Source of the DNA: an uncultured Pelagibius sp.
GTDB lineage: Bacteria; Pseudomonadota; Alphaproteobacteria; Kiloniellales; Kiloniellaceae
DNA length: 64,000 bases
NCBI GenBank assembly: GCA_964472095.1
Contig: CAYYIV010000022.1
Location: forward strand, 4,314 to 68,313
Direction: 5' to 3'
The translations under genes were made by a program, and so were the position numbers. The notes beneath the pieces are model-generated. The model ran no database searches. It was not told where the DNA came from and saw only the letters and a list, made by a program, of their open reading frames with translations. Below are positions 58,954 to 64,000 of this stretch, piece after piece (the stretch's first letter is position 1; every line of letters starts with the position of its first letter).

Positions 58954-58977
58954 AGTTTCCTCCCGAAGCTCCTCCCA

Positions 58978-59010
58978 GGGCGGTCATCTCGGTGGCCGCC
59001 CCTTCTTTTT
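58978..59010 (+). terminator. Candidate rho-independent terminator after the CARDB-like gene
   Basis: GGGCGG-(12 nt)-CCGCCC is followed by CTTCTTTTT. The loop is rather large. Confidence 0.45.
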
Positions 59011-59071
59011 GTCCTCTCCGCCGGGGCCTGATCTATGCTGCCGCCCGACCCGCACAGCCGACAGGACGACC

Positions 59072-60211
59072 ATGCCTCAACCCCACCTCGACGAGGATCT
59101 GCTGAACCGCCCGGGCGGCCGACTGGAACTCGCCACCCCCACCCTGGTGCTCGACCTCGACGCGCTGGAAGCCAACATCGCAGCCATGGCGGCCTGGGCA
59201 ACGCGCGAGGGCGTCGGCCTCCGGCCCCACGCCAAGACCCACAAATCAGCCGCCATCGGCCGGCTGCAGATGGCCGCCGGGGCGCTCGGCCTCTGCTGCG
59301 CCAAGCTGTCGGAGGCTGAGGCTCTGGCAGCGGCCGGGCTCGACCGCTTCCTGCTCACCGCGCCAGTCGTCGGCGCGCGCCGGATCGACCGCCTGCTGAA
59401 GCTGGCACGCACGGCCGAGGTCATGGTGGTCGCCGATGATGCCGACAACGTCGCCGCTCTGGGCGCCGCGGCAGTGGCGGCGGGCCGCGATCTCGGCGTC
59501 CTGATCGACGTCGACATCGGCCAGGACCGCACCGGCGTGCTCGATGCGGCAGGTGCCCTGGCGCTCGCCGAGGCCATCGCCGCGGAGCCACGGCTCGCCT
59601 TCAAGGGACTACAAGGCTATGCCGGCCACGTGCAGCACATCGCCGACCTCGACGAGCGCCGACGGGCTTCCCACACATGCCTCGCGAAGCTGGCTACCGT
59701 ACGCGACCGGCTGGAGGCGGCGGGCCACGCCTGCCCCATCGTAACCGGCAGCGGCACCGGCAGCCACGCCCTCGACCCCGCCGCCGGCGTGCTGACGGAA
59801 CTGCAGGTCGGCTCCTACATCGTCTCCGACGTGGAATACGACGCGGTCGACCTCAGTATCGACGGCCGGCGCCCCCTCCGCTCCGCCCTTTTCGTCTACA
59901 GCCGCGTGGTGAGCGCCTGCCATGCGGGCTTCGTCACCATCGATGCCGGCTCCAAGAGCCTGGCGATGGACGGGCCGCCCCCGGAAGTCGCCTTCGGGGC
60001 GCCCCAGGGCACCAGCTATACCTGCGTCGGCGACGAGTTCGGGCGCCTCACCCTGCCGCCGGGCAGCACATCGCCCAGGCCGGGCGACCTGGTTGGGCTG
60101 GTGGCGCCGCACTGCGACCCCACCATCAACTGCTTCGACTGGTATCACGGCGTGCGCGGCGACGACCTGGTCGAGATCTGGCCAATCGAGGCCAGAGGCT
60201 GTTCAGCCTAG
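59072..60211 (+). CDS. DSD1-family PLP enzyme (D-threonine aldolase / D-serine dehydratase-like, alanine racemase N-terminal fold)
   Basis: TPTLVLDLDALEANIAAMAAWA...LRPHAKTHKS (PLP-binding Lys), LCCAKLSEAE and HCDPTIN are present. The start is set at MPQPHLDED (59072). Confidence 0.82.
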   Translation: MPQPHLDEDLLNRPGGRLELATPTLVLDLDALEANIAAMAAWATREGVGLRPHAKTHKSAAIGRLQMAAGALGLCCAKLSEAEALAAAGLDRFLLTAPVVGARRIDRLLKLARTAEVMVVADDADNVAALGAAAVAAGRDLGVLIDVDIGQDRTGVLDAAGALALAEAIAAEPRLAFKGLQGYAGHVQHIADLDERRRASHTCLAKLATVRDRLEAAGHACPIVTGSGTGSHALDPAAGVLTELQVGSYIVSDVEYDAVDLSIDGRRPLRSALFVYSRVVSACHAGFVTIDAGSKSLAMDGPPPEVAFGAPQGTSYTCVGDEFGRLTLPPGSTSPRPGDLVGLVAPHCDPTINCFDWYHGVRGDDLVEIWPIEARGCSA

Positions 60212-60242
60212 CTTCTCACCGCACCGTCATCCGGCAGGACCC

Positions 60243-60320
60243 TTAATGTACCGGCATGCGCCGGGGCCCGTTAGTGTACCGGCATGCGCCGGGGCCCTTT
60301 AGTGTACCGGCATGCGCCGG
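60243..60320. repeat. 28-bp tandem repeat, about 2.8 copies
   Basis: The copies are TTAATGTACCGGCATGCGCCGGGGCCCG (60243-60270), TTAGTGTACCGGCATGCGCCGGGGCCCT (60271-60298) and TTAGTGTACCGGCATGCGCCGG (60299-60320). Each contains the hairpin CCGGC-ATGC-GCCGG. Confidence 0.9.
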
Positions 60321-61201
60321 CCAAGGGCGACGCTCGCCACGACGAAGACCGCGAAGCCCAGCGTCAGCGCGTCGATGGATTCGCCGAGCAACAGGGCCGA
60401 GGCCCCGATGGTCATGAAGGTCTGCAGCAGCTGCACCTGGCTGACCCGCGCCACGCCGCCCAGCAACAGGCCGCGATACCAGGCGAAGAAGCCGAACAGC
60501 TGGCTGAACAGGGCGACGTAGGTGAAGGCGACCCAGCTCGCGGGCGAACCGGGCAGGCCGTGCGCCAGGACCGCCGGCACCACCGGCACCAGCAGCAGCG
60601 GGAAAGCGATCACCAGCGCCCAGCAGATCACCTGCCAGCCGCCGAGGCTGCGGCTGAGGCGGGCACCTTCCGCGTAGCCCACGGCCGCACAGACCACCGA
60701 GCCGAGCAGCGCCAAGTGGCCGAGGCTCAAGGTCCCGCCACCTTTCAACAGCGAGAAGGCGACCACCGCGGCGCCACCGACCAGCGAGACCAACCAAAAG
60801 GCCCCCGACGGGCGCTCGCGCAGCAGCACGGCACCCGCCATCGCCGTGGCCAGCGGCAGGATGCCGAGCACCACGCCTCCGTGGGCCGCCGGCACCCGCT
60901 GCATGCCCCAGGCGGAGAGCAGCGGGAAGCCGAAGATCACCCCGGCGGCCACCACGGCGAGCGCGCGCCATTCTTTGCCGAGCGGGCGGCGCTGGCGGGT
61001 CGCCAGCAGGATGGCGGCGGCGACAGCAGCTGCCACCAGCGAGCGCCCGAGGCCGAAGACCACCGGGTCGCTGTCGACCATGGCGAGGCGCGTCGCCGGC
61101 AGGGTGAGGCTGAACACGGCGACGCCGATGAAGCCGAGCGCCAGGCCCTTGCTTTCGGCGAGCGGGTCGCGGTCCCGGGCGACGAGGGCGGCCTCAGGCA
61201 T
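60299..61201 (-). CDS. DMT superfamily (EamA-type) transporter
   Basis: It has 10 TM helices and two EamA-like halves (LGFIGVAVFSLTLPATRLA...; ...LFSQLFGFFAWYRGL). Its last 7 codons plus stop lie in repeat copy 3. Confidence 0.82.
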   Translation of the reverse strand: MPEAALVARDRDPLAESKGLALGFIGVAVFSLTLPATRLAMVDSDPVVFGLGRSLVAAAVAAAILLATRQRRPLGKEWRALAVVAAGVIFGFPLLSAWGMQRVPAAHGGVVLGILPLATAMAGAVLLRERPSGAFWLVSLVGGAAVVAFSLLKGGGTLSLGHLALLGSVVCAAVGYAEGARLSRSLGGWQVICWALVIAFPLLLVPVVPAVLAHGLPGSPASWVAFTYVALFSQLFGFFAWYRGLLLGGVARVSQVQLLQTFMTIGASALLLGESIDALTLGFAVFVVASVALGRRMPVH

Positions 61202-62315
61202 CGCGCCCGCAGACGGCGGTCTGGGTCAGGCCGTGCTCGATGATTTTGCGCATCACTGTTGGGAGCGCCTCGTCGGCGAGGGCGTCGAGCGCCACCCAGC
61301 GCCCGGTCCCGACCTGCGGCGACGCGGCCCGCGCGGCCCAGACCGTCACCTCGAAGTGGAAATGGGTGAAGGTGTGGCGCACCAGGCCGGGCAATTCGCG
61401 CCACTCGGCCGCCAGGGGAACCAGCTCGCGCGCTTCCGCCGCCGGCCAGGGCGCCTCGCGCCAGGGCGTCGAGGGCACCTCCATCATGCCGCCGAGCAGA
61501 CCCTTCTCCGGCCGCCGGCGCAGCAGCAGCCCGCCGTCCGGTCCCAGCAGCCAGAACGCGACAGCGCGGCGGGTCGGCCTGACAGCCTTGGGCTGGCGCC
61601 GCGGCAGTTCCTGTTCGATGCCCGCCGCCTTGGCCTGGCACGACGCTTCCAGGGGACAGAGCAGACATTTCGGCGCGCGCGGCAGGCAGACCGTGGCGCC
61701 GAGATCCATCATCGCCTGGGCGAAGTCGCCGGCGCGCTGTTGCGGCGTCAGGCTGTCGGCCAGGCGGTGCAGCTCAGCCTTGGCTGCCGGCAGCGGGGTT
61801 TCCATCTTGAACAGTCGGGCCACGACGCGCTCCACGTTGCCGTCGACCACCACGGCGCGGCGCCCGAAGGCGATGGCGGCGACCGCGGCGGCCGTATAGC
61901 GGCCGATGCCCGGCAGTTTCAGCAGTTCCGCCTCGCTGTCCGGGAAAGCCCCGCCGAGCTCGCCCGCCACCACCTGGGCGCAGCGGTGCAGGTTGCGAGC
62001 CCGGGCGTAGTAGCCGAGCCCGGCCCAGGCCGTCAGCACGTCGTCGAGCGGCGCGGCGGCAAGCGACTCCACAGCGGGCCAGCGGGTGAGGAAATCGGCG
62101 AAATAGGGCCCCACTGTCACCACGGTGGTCTGCTGCAGCATGACCTCGCTGAGCCACACGCGGTAGGGATCGGCCGGCGGGTCACCGGGACGCGCGCGCC
62201 ATGGCAGCGTTCGGGCATGGCGGTCGTACCAGGCGAGCAGCCGTTCCGCGTCACGGCAACCCTGCTGTGACCGGACTTTCGAAGCTGCGCCAATTGTGGG
62301 TGCGACTTGGACCAT
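61194..62315 (-). CDS. mutY: A/G-specific adenine DNA glycosylase
   Basis: LLAWYDRHARTLPWR, PYRVWLSEVMLQQTTV, GLGYYARARNL, LPGIGRYTAAAV, the Fe-S cluster CLPRAPKCLLCPLEASC, and a C-terminal Nudix-like domain are present. Confidence 0.92.
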   Translation of the reverse strand: MVQVAPTIGAASKVRSQQGCRDAERLLAWYDRHARTLPWRARPGDPPADPYRVWLSEVMLQQTTVVTVGPYFADFLTRWPAVESLAAAPLDDVLTAWAGLGYYARARNLHRCAQVVAGELGGAFPDSEAELLKLPGIGRYTAAAVAAIAFGRRAVVVDGNVERVVARLFKMETPLPAAKAELHRLADSLTPQQRAGDFAQAMMDLGATVCLPRAPKCLLCPLEASCQAKAAGIEQELPRRQPKAVRPTRRAVAFWLLGPDGGLLLRRRPEKGLLGGMMEVPSTPWREAPWPAAEARELVPLAAEWRELPGLVRHTFTHFHFEVTVWAARAASPQVGTGRWVALDALADEALPTVMRKIIEHGLTQTAVCGRDA

Positions 62316-62372
62316 GCCCTTCTCTATACTGAGCGGGCAATCACGGCAAAGCAGGCTTTTGTCACCGCGACA

Positions 62373-62903
62373 ATGTCAAATTCTTCTCCATCACGCGATC
62401 GGCGCCACGGCGGCCTCAGGGCGCTGGGTGGCAGCCTCGGCACAGTGACCAAGCGCGCCTTCGCGCGCCGCGGCCTCACCGGTGCCGACATCGCCCGCCA
62501 GTGGCCGGCCATCGTCGGCGCCGAACTGGCGGCCCACTGCCGCCCGCGGCAGCTGCGCTTTCCCAAACCTGGAGAGGCCGTCGACGGCCGCCTCACCCTG
62601 CGCGTAGAGTCGAGCTGGTCGCTCCAGGTACAGCACCTGGAGCCGCTGGTGCTGGAGCGCATCAACGGCTTCTTCGGCTACCGCGCGGTGGCCCGCCTGG
62701 TGCTGCAGCAGGGCCCGCTGCCGCCGCTGCGCGGCGGCCCGTCCGCCGGCAGCAAGAAGATCCCGGAGGGTCCGCCGGAGCCGCTCGAGCGGGAGCTATC
62801 GGCGAAACTATCCACAGTCGCCGACCCGGAGCTGCGGGCGGCCCTGGAAGGCCTCGGACGCTCGCTCCGCCAAAAGCGCGATGGCAGCGCCAAAAAGCCT
62901 TAA
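62373..62903 (+). CDS. DUF721 (DciA-like) domain protein
   Basis: ARQWPAIVGAELAAHCRPRQLRF...GRLTLRVESSWSLQVQHLEPLVLERINGFFG is present. It is divergent from mutY, a conserved alphaproteobacterial arrangement. Confidence 0.8.
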   Translation: MSNSSPSRDRRHGGLRALGGSLGTVTKRAFARRGLTGADIARQWPAIVGAELAAHCRPRQLRFPKPGEAVDGRLTLRVESSWSLQVQHLEPLVLERINGFFGYRAVARLVLQQGPLPPLRGGPSAGSKKIPEGPPEPLERELSAKLSTVADPELRAALEGLGRSLRQKRDGSAKKP

Positions 62904-62943
62904 ATTTCGCTGCTCAGAGGACTACATAGAGCGCGTCCGCCGG

Positions 62944-62964
62944 GGGGCGAAACCGCGCCCTTTT
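62944..62964 (+). terminator. Weak candidate intrinsic terminator after the DUF721 gene
   Basis: GGGCG-AAACCG-CGCCC is followed by TTTTC. The stem is short. Confidence 0.3.
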
Positions 62965-63033
62965 CGGCAGCATAGGGCGCTTGTGGAATCCGAAATGGCC
63001 CACTAGCATGCACAACATCTGGTAGGTTAAGCA

Positions 63034-63726
63034 ATGAACAGACGGAACATTCTGATCGGCCTGGGAGTCGTCGCAGCCGGTGCCGCCGCGGGCGGCGCCT
63101 ATTGGCTGAGCCGTGGGGGGACGGCCTCCATGTCATCCGGCCAGACGGCGGCAGCGCCGCAGGCCGCCGTTCAGTCGACTGCCGCCGGCAACATGCCGAT
63201 CTTCGATGATGACCGCATCCTCGGCGACCCCGCCGCGCCGGTCACCATTCTGGAATTCTCCTCCCTGACCTGCCCGCACTGCGCCGCCTTCCACCGCGAG
63301 ACGCTGCCGCAGGTGAAGTCCGAGTGGATCGACAGCGGCCGCGCCCGCCTGGTCTACCGCCACTATCCGCTCGACCAGGTGTCGCTGCGCGCCGCGGCAG
63401 TCACCGACTGCATTCCGGGCAACGGCTTCTTCGGCTTCCTCGAGGTGCTCTTCGCCAACCAGGACAAGTGGGCCCGCAGCCAGGATCCCATCGCGGCGAT
63501 CGGCCAGTACGCAGCGCTGGCGGGGCTCGACAAGACGACCTTCGAAGCCTGCCTGAACGACGAGGCGGCGATCGACCGCATCCTGGCAAGACAGAGCGAC
63601 GGCAGCGCCAAATACAGCATTGCCTCGACTCCGACGTTCGTGGTCAACGGCACGCCGGTGGTCGGCAACCGCACCTACGACGAGTTCAATAGCGCCTTGG
63701 AAGCAGCGGCAGCCAACGCCTCCTGA
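63034..63726 (+). CDS. DsbA-family thiol:disulfide oxidoreductase
   Basis: It has a signal/TM segment, then TILEFSSLTCPHCAAFH (CPHC active site) and STPTFVVNG. Confidence 0.88.
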   Translation: MNRRNILIGLGVVAAGAAAGGAYWLSRGGTASMSSGQTAAAPQAAVQSTAAGNMPIFDDDRILGDPAAPVTILEFSSLTCPHCAAFHRETLPQVKSEWIDSGRARLVYRHYPLDQVSLRAAAVTDCIPGNGFFGFLEVLFANQDKWARSQDPIAAIGQYAALAGLDKTTFEACLNDEAAIDRILARQSDGSAKYSIASTPTFVVNGTPVVGNRTYDEFNSALEAAAANAS

Positions 63727-63801
63727 GGCCAGGCCGCCCGCGTGAGCGCGCATCTAAGGATGGGATCTGTTTTGACGGTACGGGGGGAATAGCCAGGCGT
63801 G

Positions 63802-64000
63802 GTGCAGTTCACCAAGCTTCGCTTGAGCGGCTTCAAGTCCTTCGTCGATGCCACCGAGTTGGTGATCGAGCCCGGCGTGACAGGCGTCGTCGGCCCCAAC
63901 GGCTGCGGCAAGTCCAACCTCGTCGAGGCCCTGCGCTGGGCCATGGGCGAGACCTCGGCCAAGCGCATGCGAGGCAGCGAGATGGACGACGTCATCTTCG
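63802..64000 (+). CDS. smc: Chromosome segregation protein SMC, 5' end only (runs off window)
   Basis: A GTG start gives (M)[49 protein letters not shown], the SMC head Walker A region. An alternative GTG lies 3 nt upstream. Confidence 0.88.
   Translation, partial: MQFTKLRLSGFKSFVDATELVIEPGVTGVVGPNGCGKSNLVEALRWAMGETSAKRMRGSEMDDVIF

Noticed and set aside
60243-60320. A possible CRISPR array.
   Set aside because: The 28-bp units are directly adjacent with no spacers, there are only about 2.8 copies, one copy is coding sequence, and no cas genes are in the window.

Overview
This is a high-GC, densely coding chromosomal segment that reads as alphaproteobacterial: an orphan CcrM methyltransferase, CtrA and LexA (GTTC-N7-GTTC) type boxes, petABC, and the mutY/DUF721/dsbA/smc gene order. 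I support about 60 protein genes, one tRNA-Gln(UUG), no rRNA and no CRISPR.

Content is mostly core housekeeping:
- cytochrome bc1 (petABC), hemF, trmL, cca, ispE, ETF-ubiquinone oxidoreductase, moaB, rnhB, ccrM, mutY and the smc 5' end;
- a stretch of small redox/detox enzymes (wrbA-pirin-yqjG under a divergent LysR, several VOC and cupin proteins, an OYE flavoenzyme under a divergent ArsR);
- transporters (TAXI-TRAP, MFS-like, CPA2, EamA, HpnN-like RND).

I found no recognisable defence, toxin-antitoxin or phage system. The points most worth a second look are:
1. A 1.55-kb IS66-family derivative (32366-33916). It has matching GTAAGC-type inverted ends and a perfect 8-bp target duplication, but a gutted interior carrying a 297-codon passenger ORF of unknown function.
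2. A translationally coupled MoxR / DUF58 / BatA-N+DUF4159 / vWA-like membrane four-gene operon whose biochemical function is unknown.
3. An alpha-type LexA box directly upstream of a PA0069-family radical SAM gene.
4. Five GANTC sites within 63 bp in front of ccrM.
5. A perfect CtrA box plus a GANTC site in front of a lytic transglycosylase gene.
6. A 28-bp tandem triplication of the 3' end of an EamA transporter gene.
7. A TIGR04283/TIGR04282-like glycosyltransferase pair with no ArsS-type partner in the window.

All family calls come from motif recognition by eye; no BLAST or HMM search was possible. Many long ORFs in the supplied track are off-frame or antisense artefacts of the high GC content and were not called.
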